In this document: positions 1-8,668 of the stretch, one piece after another
How the letters are laid out: each line of letters begins with the position of its first letter
How positions within the stretch are numbered: the first letter of the stretch is position 1
Assembly (NCBI GenBank): GCA_964588285.1
Contig: CAZPNX010000001.1
Location: forward strand, 143 to 64,142
Direction: 5' to 3'
DNA: 64,000 bases
From: an uncultured bacterium
GTDB lineage: Bacteria > Edwardsbacteria > AC1 > EtOH8
The notes under the pieces: model-generated
Seen by the model: the letters and a program-made list of their open reading frames with translations, nothing else
The model's database searches: none
Told to the model about the DNA's origin: nothing
Translations under genes and position numbers: made by a program

Positions 1-8
1 GGGAAGAG

Positions 9-1283
9 GTGGCCGGGCTGGTGATGGAGTTCAAGCCCAAGTTGGTAGTTGTGGATACCAGCACCCCCAGCATCTACAACGACGTCGAAGTGGCGGCCCG
101 GATAAAGGAATTGTCTCCGGATATCTTCACGGTCCTGGTAGGCCCGCATGTGTCAGCCTTGCCTAAAGAGACGTTGCAGCTGAACGCCAAAGTAGACGCC
201 GTGGCCCTCAAGGAATACGAGCACACCATGGCCGACCTGGCCAAGGCGCTGGAGGAGGGGAAGGACCCGGCCGCGGTTCCAGGGCTGGTATTGCAAAAGG
301 AAGGCCGGCTTATCACCACGCCGGCCCGCCCATTGGTCGAAGATCTGGACTCGATACCCTTCGTCAGCAAAGCATACAAGAGGCACCTGGATTATAAGAA
401 TTACTTCTACGCCCACAGCAAGTACCCCATCGTCACCATCATCACCGGGCGGGGATGTCCCTACCAATGCGTCTACTGCGTCTACCCCCAGGTGTTCTGC
501 AGCCACAAACCCAGGCTGCGCAGCATCCCCAACGTGGTGGACGAGATCGAGTACATCCTGCATGAGTTTCCCGACATCAAGGAGATCATGTTCGAGGACG
601 ACACCCTGACCTTCGACAAGAAACGCTGCCTGGAATTCTCCGAGGAGGTGCTGCGGCGCGGGGTAAAGTTCAAATGGTCGGCCAATTCCCGCTGCGATCT
701 GGACCTGGAGACCATGAAGGCCCTCAAGCGGGCCGGGGCCAGGCTGTTCTGCGTGGGGGTGGAGAGCGGCGACCAGGGCGTTCTGGATAGGATGAAGAAG
801 AGCCTGAAGGTGGAACGGGTGCGCCGGTTCTTTGCCGACGCCAAGCGGGCCGGGATAAAGATACACGGGTGCTTCATGGTGGGCAACCCGGGCGAGACCA
901 AGGAGACCCTGGAGACCACCCTGAGGTTCGCCATCGAGCTGGAGCCGGACACGGCCCAGTTCTTTCCCATCATGGTCTATCCCGGCACCGAGGCCTACGA
1001 CTGGGCCAAGCGAGAGGGGTATCTGACCACCGACAATTTTAGGGAGTGGCTGACGCCTGACGGCCTGCACAACAGCATCGTCAGCCGGCCCGGGCTTTCG
1101 AACACCGAGCTGGTCGAGTTCTGCGACCGGGCCAGGCAAAAGTTCTACATGCGTCCGTCCTATATCGCCAAAAAACTGGGGCAGAGCCTGACCGATTTTC
1201 AGGAGTTCAAGCGTCTGGCCAAGGGCGGTCTGACCTTGGGCCGCTATCTGTTCCGCGGCACCTATGGAAAGCCAAGGACATGA
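9..1283 (+). CDS. B12-binding domain / radical SAM protein (class B radical SAM; likely 5'-truncated by window edge)
   Basis: CxxxCxxC motif 'CPYQCVYC' after an N-terminal Rossmann-like B12-binding region. Frame is open to base 1, so the true start is probably upstream. Confidence 0.8.
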   Translation: MAGLVMEFKPKLVVVDTSTPSIYNDVEVAARIKELSPDIFTVLVGPHVSALPKETLQLNAKVDAVALKEYEHTMADLAKALEEGKDPAAVPGLVLQKEGRLITTPARPLVEDLDSIPFVSKAYKRHLDYKNYFYAHSKYPIVTIITGRGCPYQCVYCVYPQVFCSHKPRLRSIPNVVDEIEYILHEFPDIKEIMFEDDTLTFDKKRCLEFSEEVLRRGVKFKWSANSRCDLDLETMKALKRAGARLFCVGVESGDQGVLDRMKKSLKVERVRRFFADAKRAGIKIHGCFMVGNPGETKETLETTLRFAIELEPDTAQFFPIMVYPGTEAYDWAKREGYLTTDNFREWLTPDGLHNSIVSRPGLSNTELVEFCDRARQKFYMRPSYIAKKLGQSLTDFQEFKRLAKGGLTLGRYLFRGTYGKPRT

Positions 1284-2287
1284 AGGCTTCGGTCATCATA
1301 CCGGCCTATAACGCCGAGGAGTTGCTGCCCGAATGCTTGCGGTCGCTATCCGACCAGACCATCCCCAGGGACCAGTACGAGGTCATCGTGGTGGACGACG
1401 GGTCGACTGACGGCACGGCCGGGGTTGCCGGATCTTTTCCGGGCGTCAGGGTCATCAGCCAAAAGAACCAGGGGCCGGCGGCCGCCAGGAACCTGGGCGC
1501 CAAAGAGTCGAAGGGCGAGTTCATCCTTTTCACCGACTCCGACTGCGTGCCGGAGCGGGACTGGCTGGAGCGCATGCTGGAGCCGTTCGTCGATGACCAA
1601 AAGCTGGCCGGCGACAAGGGGCGGTACCTGACCAGACAGAAGGAGCTGGCGGCGCGTTTCGTCCAGGCCGAGTACCAAGACAAGTACCGCCTGCTGGAGA
1701 GGCACCGGGAGATTGACTTCATAGATACCTACTCGGCCGGGTTCCGCCGTGACGTCTTTCTACGCTACGGGGGCTACGACACCAGCTTTCCGGTGGCCTG
1801 CGCCGAGGATGTCGAGCTTTCGTACCGAATGTCCAACGGCGGGGAGAGGATGGCCTACGTGCCCGGGGCCGTGGTCTACCATCGCCATCCCGACCGCTGG
1901 GGGGCATATTTTCGCAAGAAGTACAAGTTCGCCTACTGGAGGATGCTGGCGGTGCGCAAGAACCCCAATAAGGTTATCAAGGATTCGCACACCCCCCAGT
2001 TGATGAAGCTGCAGCTGCTGCTGGCCCCGGCATCTCTGGCGGCGCTGGCGGCGGGTATCGCATTCAAACCTTTTCTTTGGCTGGCGGCAGCGCTGGCGTT
2101 TTTTTCCCTGATTTCCTCGATCCCTTTCGCATTGAGGGAGGGTAAAAGGGACGCGGCGGTTGGGCTGGCCGCTCCGGCCGCGCTTTTCGTGCGGGCCCTG
2201 TACCAGTTCGCCGGCGTGGCCGCGGGTACCGTGGATTCATTGCTGCTGGGAAGGCACAACCGACCGATAGGTGCGGCCAACGTCTAA
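1280..2287 (+). CDS. glycosyltransferase family 2 with C-terminal membrane anchor
   Basis: N-terminus 'VIIPAYNAEELL...VIVVDDGSTDGT...DSDC' (GT-A DxD-type fold signature); hydrophobic C-terminal helices; ATGA overlap with the upstream gene. Confidence 0.85.
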   Translation: MKASVIIPAYNAEELLPECLRSLSDQTIPRDQYEVIVVDDGSTDGTAGVAGSFPGVRVISQKNQGPAAARNLGAKESKGEFILFTDSDCVPERDWLERMLEPFVDDQKLAGDKGRYLTRQKELAARFVQAEYQDKYRLLERHREIDFIDTYSAGFRRDVFLRYGGYDTSFPVACAEDVELSYRMSNGGERMAYVPGAVVYHRHPDRWGAYFRKKYKFAYWRMLAVRKNPNKVIKDSHTPQLMKLQLLLAPASLAALAAGIAFKPFLWLAAALAFFSLISSIPFALREGKRDAAVGLAAPAALFVRALYQFAGVAAGTVDSLLLGRHNRPIGAANV

Positions 2288-3374
2288 AATTGCCATCGTC
2301 CACGACTGGCTGGTGAGGTCAGGAGGGGCGGAGAGGGTGCTGGAGCGCCTGCTCGGCATTTTCCCGGAGTCCGATCTCTACACGCTCTTTCGCATCCCCG
2401 GGGCGGTTCCCCGAACTATCGAATCGAGGATCAAGGGCGTTTCGTTCCTCCAGGGCCTGCCAGGGCTGGAACGCAACTATGGAAGATACCTGCCGCTGTT
2501 CCCCAAGGCGGTAGAGTCCCTGCCGCTGTCCGGATACGACCTGGTGGTGTCCTCGAGCTACTGCGTGGCCAAGGGGGCGGTGGCGGGCGGGAACGCCAGG
2601 CACCTGTGCTACTGCCACACGCCGATGCGCTATGTCTGGCACCAGCAGGCATTCTACGAAAAAGGATTAGATCCGGTTTCCAAAGCTCTTTTTAGGATAA
2701 CCGCTAAAAAGCTCAGAAAGTGGGATGTCTCAAGCGCGGCAAGGGTTGACATTTTTACCGCCAACAGCCGGTGTGTGGCCCAGCGCATAAAAGAATATTA
2801 CGGCCGGACGGCTGTGGTAATCCACCCTCCGGTGGATGTAGGTTTCTTTACTCCCGGCAAGTCCGGCAGCCGGGGAGAATATTATCTAACCGTCGGCGCC
2901 CTGGTCCCGTATAAGGGTTTCATGAGGGCAATCGCGGCCTGCGCCAGAACGAAACGAGGCCTGATCGTGGTCGGCGATGGGCCGGAAGCAAAAAACCTAA
3001 AAAAAATAGCCGGTTCTGGAATCACTTTCGTCGGCTGGCAGGACCGGGATGGCGTAAGAGAATTGATGCGGGGATGTCGTGCCCTGCTGTCTCCGGGTGA
3101 GGAGGACTTTGGCATAGTTTTGGCCGAAGCCCAGGCTTGCGGGCGGCCGGTGATCGCCCTGGACCGCGGCGGCGCCGGGGAGACGGTGGTTGACGGTGTG
3201 ACCGGCGTCCTATATCAAGAGGATACGGTCGAAGGCTTGATAGGTGCTTTGGAAAAAGCCGAGAACTGCCGTTTTGACCCCGAGGCCATCCGAAAGCATT
3301 CCTTGAAGTATTCGGCCGGTTTTTTCAAAGAAGGCATAACTTCCATGGTCAAGCGATTGACAAGAGGAAGCTAA
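2271..3374 (+). CDS. glycosyltransferase family 4 (GT-B, group 1)
   Basis: C-terminal 'EDFGIVLAEAQACGRPVIALDRGGAGETV' is the typical GT4 E-x7-E region; GTG start overlapping the upstream gene. Confidence 0.8.
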   Translation: MRPTSKIAIVHDWLVRSGGAERVLERLLGIFPESDLYTLFRIPGAVPRTIESRIKGVSFLQGLPGLERNYGRYLPLFPKAVESLPLSGYDLVVSSSYCVAKGAVAGGNARHLCYCHTPMRYVWHQQAFYEKGLDPVSKALFRITAKKLRKWDVSSAARVDIFTANSRCVAQRIKEYYGRTAVVIHPPVDVGFFTPGKSGSRGEYYLTVGALVPYKGFMRAIAACARTKRGLIVVGDGPEAKNLKKIAGSGITFVGWQDRDGVRELMRGCRALLSPGEEDFGIVLAEAQACGRPVIALDRGGAGETVVDGVTGVLYQEDTVEGLIGALEKAENCRFDPEAIRKHSLKYSAGFFKEGITSMVKRLTRGS

Positions 3375-3375
3375 A

Positions 3376-4794
3376 ATGCTGAGGAAAGGGCAGATCCCAT
3401 TTTCCGGCATACTGATGCTGGTTGACGCCGCCTTGGTATTCGCCTCATTCCTGATCGCCTTCATGTTCCGGTTCTATTCCGGCTGGATTCCGCTGCGCCA
3501 TGCGGTGCCGCCGTTCCAGCCCTATCTGGTGGGCTCGCTGGTGGTGGCCGCCTTGTGGATACTTGTCTTCTGGCTGCTGGGGCTGTACGAGACCCGCCTC
3601 CGGCTGACCAAGGACGAGGAGGTGTACCGGGTGGTCAAGGGCACCTTCGTCTGCGTGGTGGCGGTGATGGCCTTTTCATTCTTCTACCGCGAGGTGGTCT
3701 GGTCGCGGTTGGTGCTGATCATGGCGGTGGGCGTCTCCCTGGTCCTGGTGAGCGCGGAGAGGGTGGTGCTGGTAGGGGTCTTTCGCCGCTGGATGGCCGT
3801 CCACGGCTACGGCATCAAACGCTCGGCCCTCATCGGCAGCGGCAAGACCGCCAAGCACATACTGGAATACATAAACCAGCATCCGGAATACGGCTATCGA
3901 ATCGACTGTCTGCTGAGCGTCGAGGGTCTGGCGGAATCCGGTTGGCGCGGCTCCAAATCACTCCTCTGCGAGCGGGTGTCATCGATGTCCGGGCTATCCG
4001 ACGCCATAGATCGGCATCGACTGGATGCTCTGTTCATTGTTCTGCCCCATGAGCTGCAGCCCCGGGTGATGGACATCGTCAGCAGCACCGAACACCGGCC
4101 GGTGGAACTGAAATTTGTGCCCGATCTAATTGACGTCATCAGCAGCAATACCCGGGTCTCCCAGCTGGGCGAGATTCCGGTCATCGGCCTGCGGGAGCTT
4201 CCCTTGACCGCCTGGGATATAATCATCAAATCGGCCTTCGACTTCATTTTCGCTCTGCTGGGAATCATCCTAATATCGCCGCTGCTTCTGATAATCGCCG
4301 TCATGGTGAAGCTGACCTCGAAAGGGCCTTTGATCTATACCCAGGAGCGGGTGGGATTCGACGGCCGGGTTTTTAAGATGTATAAATTCCGCTCCATGAA
4401 AGTGGATGCCGAAAAGGAAACCGGCCCGGTCTGGGCCAAGGAGGGGGACGACCGGCGCACTCCCATAGGGGCTTTCCTGCGCAAATACAGTTTGGACGAA
4501 CTTCCCCAGCTTTTCAACGTTCTTAAGGGCGACATGAGTTTGGTCGGACCCAGACCAGAGAGACCTTTCTTCGTAAAGCAGTTCGAACAGAGGATTCCGG
4601 GCTACGCTTCCCGCCACCGGATGAAGTCGGGCATCACCGGCTGGGCCCAGGTTCACGGTCTGCGCGGGGACACCTCCATCGAGAAAAGGACCGCCTTCGA
4701 CATCTATTACATACAGAACTGGTCGCTGCTTTTGGACCTGAAGATCCTTATCAGAACCGTTCTCCAGGTGATCATCCCTGACAACGCCTATTGA
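3376..4794 (+). CDS. polyprenyl-phosphate hexose-1-phosphate transferase, WbaP/WcaJ-type initiating phosphoglycosyl transferase
   Basis: Four or five N-terminal TM helices, then the C-terminal bacterial sugar transferase domain 'KGPLIYTQERVGFDGRVFKMYKFRSM...DELPQLFNVLKGDMSLVGPRPE'. Confidence 0.85.
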   Translation: MLRKGQIPFSGILMLVDAALVFASFLIAFMFRFYSGWIPLRHAVPPFQPYLVGSLVVAALWILVFWLLGLYETRLRLTKDEEVYRVVKGTFVCVVAVMAFSFFYREVVWSRLVLIMAVGVSLVLVSAERVVLVGVFRRWMAVHGYGIKRSALIGSGKTAKHILEYINQHPEYGYRIDCLLSVEGLAESGWRGSKSLLCERVSSMSGLSDAIDRHRLDALFIVLPHELQPRVMDIVSSTEHRPVELKFVPDLIDVISSNTRVSQLGEIPVIGLRELPLTAWDIIIKSAFDFIFALLGIILISPLLLIIAVMVKLTSKGPLIYTQERVGFDGRVFKMYKFRSMKVDAEKETGPVWAKEGDDRRTPIGAFLRKYSLDELPQLFNVLKGDMSLVGPRPERPFFVKQFEQRIPGYASRHRMKSGITGWAQVHGLRGDTSIEKRTAFDIYYIQNWSLLLDLKILIRTVLQVIIPDNAY

Positions 4795-4803
4795 GGTGGC
4801 CTT

Positions 4804-5535
4804 ATGTCCTCAGAATACGTTATCGACATCTTCGAGCTGTGGCGCATCGTCCTGCGCAGACGGTGGCTGGTGTTGGCTTCTGTGCTGCTTTTTGTCGCCG
4901 GTACCGGCGTGGCAACCCTTTTAACACCTCGTATCTACCGCTGTCGTTCGACGATCTCCCTGCCTGGTGAGCCATACCGGTGGATCGGGATACCCGAGGT
5001 TAAGGAAATGGTGACCGCGGCCTGGGCTAGGGCCAATCGAGGGAAATTATTGAATGGGATGAAATCCGAAGATGTAAATAAAATAAAAGCGATTAAAGTT
5101 CAGGAAATACCAGGTAGTGAGACAATTTTTAAATTAGTAGTAACGACTAAAAATGATGCCAACCTGGCAAGGGAAATCTCAGGCGTTATTTTCCAATTTC
5201 TTGCCACAGATTCCACAGTTCAATCCCGGCTTAAGGTAGTGGCCCAAGGAGCCGATTCCGTAATTGCTTTTGCCGAGAAAATATTTCGCAATTACCAAAG
5301 CCGCAATCGTTTTCCAAATATGCGGGATGCGGAGTTAGTGGCCTTATATGATAAAGTTATAGAATATCGTATACGTAGGGCAAATATGCGCAATTTCGAG
5401 TATATAAGCCCGCCGGAATTGGAACTTTCTCCAGTCAGCCCCCGTCCTTGGATCAATTTATCCGTGGCTTCTCTGGTAGGGTTGATGGTTGGTATTTTGT
5501 TGTCGGTAACAATCGATCGCAAAAATGACTGTTGA
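4804..5535 (+). CDS. Wzz-like polysaccharide chain-length determinant (PCP) family protein, short
   Basis: N-terminal TM 'WLVLASVLLFVAGTGVATLL', soluble middle and C-terminal TM 'LSVASLVGLMVGILLSVTI' give a Wzz-type topology. The 3' half is markedly AT-rich. Confidence 0.5.
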   Translation: MSSEYVIDIFELWRIVLRRRWLVLASVLLFVAGTGVATLLTPRIYRCRSTISLPGEPYRWIGIPEVKEMVTAAWARANRGKLLNGMKSEDVNKIKAIKVQEIPGSETIFKLVVTTKNDANLAREISGVIFQFLATDSTVQSRLKVVAQGADSVIAFAEKIFRNYQSRNRFPNMRDAELVALYDKVIEYRIRRANMRNFEYISPPELELSPVSPRPWINLSVASLVGLMVGILLSVTIDRKNDC

Positions 5536-5579
5536 TCTTCCTTACCATACAATCTTGTTTTAACTACGATAACATTCAG

Positions 5580-7373
5580 ATGGCACGTTTCCGATACCGG
5601 GTGTTGTTCCTGACCAGCTGGTATCCTCACCCGGAGAATCCATATAACGGAATTTTCGTAAAGCGAAAGGCGGAGGCCCTAAAGCACCGCGCCGATGTCG
5701 CGGTGCTATTTGTTATTGGTGTGAAAGACACAAGGGGAAGATACCAAATTAAATCTTCTTACGAGTCTGGTATAAAGACTTGGAGGATATTTTATCGTTC
5801 TCCTTACTCCAAGCTGGGTCCTTTTAAAGTATTAACCGATCGGTTGCGATATCTTAGGTCTTGTCTGATAGGCCTTAGGATGGTTAAAGATGGTTTTGGA
5901 CGTCCTGACTTGGTTCATCTTCATGTCGTTCATCCAGCCGGATACGCGGCCTTGGCATTAAAACTATTTACCGGCATTCCTTATGTGCTGACAGAGCATT
6001 GCGATCTGGCCCTCAGGATTTCCCGAGGGCTGCAGAGGATCGGTCCAATCTCAAGGTGGCTGATGAGGCTGGTGATGGATCAGGCAGTAAAGGTAATGGT
6101 TGATTCCACCGCCATGCGCCAGGCATTGTGTGCCGAGGGTTTTCGAGACGATGCCGTGGTTATCGCCAATATCGTTGAGCCGGTTTCTGACACTGCGATT
6201 CGCCGACGGAAAGATAATGGATTTCGCTTGGTGCATGTGTCCTCGTTATGGGATCGGCAAAAAAATGTTTCCGGACTGTTGCATGCTTTAGTTGCTGCTG
6301 TCAAACAGTTGGTCCCGGAGAAAATTGTTCTCGATATTATCGGGGACGGGCCGGATAGAGAAATTTTACAATCTCTGGCTGGGGAACTTGGACTACTGGG
6401 GAAAGAGGTGCGTTTTCATGGGCAGCTGGATGAAGTAAATAAAAAAAAGCTTTTATTACAAGCCGATTGTTTTATATTAAGCAGCCGTTTTGAGGGTTTT
6501 TCTGTGGCCACCGCCGAAGCGTTATCTGCCGGATTGCCGGTGATCGTTACCGACTGCGGCGGTCCCCGTGACTTCGTGAATGAAGAAAACGGGATAACGG
6601 TACCGCCAGATGATCACCTTGCGCTTTCCCAAGCCATTGTCAGGATGTGCCGCGAAAGAGACAAGTATTCCCGGTTGGCAATCCAGAAGCAGGCCCAAAA
6701 AGCATTCGATTCGGAGAGCCTTATCAATGCCACTTTGGCAATTTATGACCAAGTGCCGGTGCGTTGGACGGCTGGCCTAAGCTGGGAAAGGATCGAGGTA
6801 AATCCAGAATGGCTGGTGCTGGATGTCGGCAGCGGCCACAACCCGAACGGACGGGCCGACATCCTGCTGGATCGCGGCCTGGAGCCCTCGGAACACCGTA
6901 CCGGGCAGCGAACGGTCATCCCTACAGGGAGAGGAATGGTCATCGGCGATGCCACCGCCATGCCATTTATTAACGGCGCCTTTGACTACGCCATCGCCTC
7001 CCACATAGCCGAACATGTGGAGCAAGTAGAGGCCCTGATGTCGGAACTACAGCGGGTTGCCCAGAGGGGGTATCTGGAGACTCCGGGTCTCTTGACCGAA
7101 TATATAAGCAACGTGCCTTATCACCGTTGGCTGGTGCGTAAAACCATTGATGGGATTGTATTTGAGCGAAAGAAAATATTCCGAGTTCCCAACCCGCTGC
7201 TCTTCGCTTTTTTTAATTTGAACGACAGCATAGACGGCAGAAAAACATATAAAAGCCATAATTCATTCTTGATGGCCGTCCACCGATCGATAACTAGAGT
7301 CTGGAAATTTCTGCCGTCGGCTTACACTAAATACCACTGGCAGGGAAACATAAAATATCAAGTCCGACGTTAG
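5580..7373 (+). CDS. GT4 glycosyltransferase fused to a C-terminal class I SAM-dependent methyltransferase domain
   Basis: N-terminal GT4 region ('RYRVLFLTSWYP', 'EGFSVATAEALSAGLPVIVTDCGGPRDFV'). C-terminal region has 'LVLDVGSGHNPNGRADILLDRGLEP...DATAMPFINGAFDYAIASHIAEHV' (SAM-binding motif I plus the Methyltransf_11-like post-I region). Start chosen at the internal Met 'MARFRY'. Confidence 0.75.
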   Translation: MARFRYRVLFLTSWYPHPENPYNGIFVKRKAEALKHRADVAVLFVIGVKDTRGRYQIKSSYESGIKTWRIFYRSPYSKLGPFKVLTDRLRYLRSCLIGLRMVKDGFGRPDLVHLHVVHPAGYAALALKLFTGIPYVLTEHCDLALRISRGLQRIGPISRWLMRLVMDQAVKVMVDSTAMRQALCAEGFRDDAVVIANIVEPVSDTAIRRRKDNGFRLVHVSSLWDRQKNVSGLLHALVAAVKQLVPEKIVLDIIGDGPDREILQSLAGELGLLGKEVRFHGQLDEVNKKKLLLQADCFILSSRFEGFSVATAEALSAGLPVIVTDCGGPRDFVNEENGITVPPDDHLALSQAIVRMCRERDKYSRLAIQKQAQKAFDSESLINATLAIYDQVPVRWTAGLSWERIEVNPEWLVLDVGSGHNPNGRADILLDRGLEPSEHRTGQRTVIPTGRGMVIGDATAMPFINGAFDYAIASHIAEHVEQVEALMSELQRVAQRGYLETPGLLTEYISNVPYHRWLVRKTIDGIVFERKKIFRVPNPLLFAFFNLNDSIDGRKTYKSHNSFLMAVHRSITRVWKFLPSAYTKYHWQGNIKYQVRR

Positions 7374-7383
7374 GATCCACGCC

Positions 7384-8661
7384 TTGTTGCGAATAATGAT
7401 GCATACCTTCATGTTTCGAGTGGCCGCTGCGCTGCTGTCGCTTGGACTTCTGATAGCCAGCACCAGGTATCTAGGGGCTGATGGCCGTGGTGTCCTGAGT
7501 TTGGCCTTGACCGGTATTGGGATCATTGGTATGCTGAGCGGCTTCATGGGTGGATCCAGCATGGTCTACCTGCTTTCCCAGAGAAAGGACAGAGCACATC
7601 GCCAACGAATCATCGGAATAGCAGCTGTTTGGTCGATAGTTTCCTCGGTTATAGGAACAATATTCATGGGGCTTTTAGGGATCATACCCCAGCCAGTTAT
7701 CGTTCACGTTTTCTTATTGGGAATGCTGGCAAATCTGTTGGCTATTTTTTCCTATGCACTTCTTTCAATCGAAAGGATAACTTATTATAATCGAATCGCT
7801 TTTCTCCAAGTGGCCACTACCTTGGCTATCTTCGGGCTATGGCCAAAGCTGGGGGGGAGGGCAAACGTAGGGCTATATTTGGCTGCATTGTATTGTTCCT
7901 ATCTGATATGTCTGGGAATAGCATCGGCTCTATTGGGCAGAATCAAACAGGCGCCCGAACCGATTGTTGAAAAAAACAGCAGCATAATTGATACAGCCCG
8001 GCAAGTTCTTGGCTATGGGATGATTTCCCAGGCCGGTTTGGTCATACAATTCTTAAATTATCGCCTGAGCTATTTTTTTCTGGACCATTATGCCGGCAGG
8101 GCGGCGGTCGGGATTTATTCAGTAGGGGCGATTTTAGCCGAGTCTCTATGGATGTTTCCCGGAAGCATCGCTCTGGTCCTTTACGCCAGGGTATCCTCGG
8201 TTGGCGAAAGCCGGACAGTTCAGGAAACGACTATCGCTCTGTCCAAATTGAGTTTGGTTGTCACCGCCGCAATGTTGATTGTTTTACTGGCAGTGCCGCC
8301 GGCTTCTTTATCCGCTATATTCGGGAAAGATTTCATCGGCGTGAGCCGGGTAATCTTGTGTTTGTCTCCAGGGATAATGGCCCTCAGTTATGCCATGATC
8401 ATTAACCATTATATGGCGGGTATAGGCCGTTTCAGGGTGAATACCGAGGCTGCGGCCTTGGGTTTGGTATTGACTGTAACCGGCAACGTTCTTTTAGTCC
8501 CCCGGCTAGGGTTGATGGGCGCGGCCCTAGCTGCCAGCATGGCTTATATGGCGGCCGCGGTATATGCAACCAGCTATTTTATAAAACGATCAGGGTTAAA
8601 ATTTGTAGAACTGCTTCCTGGTCGGGACGATTTTTTAAGGTTTAAGTCAATAATTACGTAA
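7384..8661 (+). CDS. Wzx-type oligosaccharide flippase (MOP superfamily polysaccharide biosynthesis protein)
   Basis: About 12 predicted TM helices across 425 aa; positioned between GT genes and asnB. TTG start; alternative ATG at 7396. Confidence 0.75.
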   Translation: MLRIMMHTFMFRVAAALLSLGLLIASTRYLGADGRGVLSLALTGIGIIGMLSGFMGGSSMVYLLSQRKDRAHRQRIIGIAAVWSIVSSVIGTIFMGLLGIIPQPVIVHVFLLGMLANLLAIFSYALLSIERITYYNRIAFLQVATTLAIFGLWPKLGGRANVGLYLAALYCSYLICLGIASALLGRIKQAPEPIVEKNSSIIDTARQVLGYGMISQAGLVIQFLNYRLSYFFLDHYAGRAAVGIYSVGAILAESLWMFPGSIALVLYARVSSVGESRTVQETTIALSKLSLVVTAAMLIVLLAVPPASLSAIFGKDFIGVSRVILCLSPGIMALSYAMIINHYMAGIGRFRVNTEAAALGLVLTVTGNVLLVPRLGLMGAALAASMAYMAAAVYATSYFIKRSGLKFVELLPGRDDFLRFKSIIT

Positions 8662-8668
8662 AAAGCGT

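Noticed and set aside
153-1139. Long minus-strand ORFs antisense to annotated + strand genes (e.g. 153-1139, 19871-20806, 25237-26262, 29210-31000, 35831-37774, 52269-53774)
   Set aside because: They lie entirely inside strongly supported genes on the other strand. Their translations are Arg/Gly/Pro/Ala-rich low-complexity typical of shadow ORFs in high-GC DNA, with no motifs or RBS.
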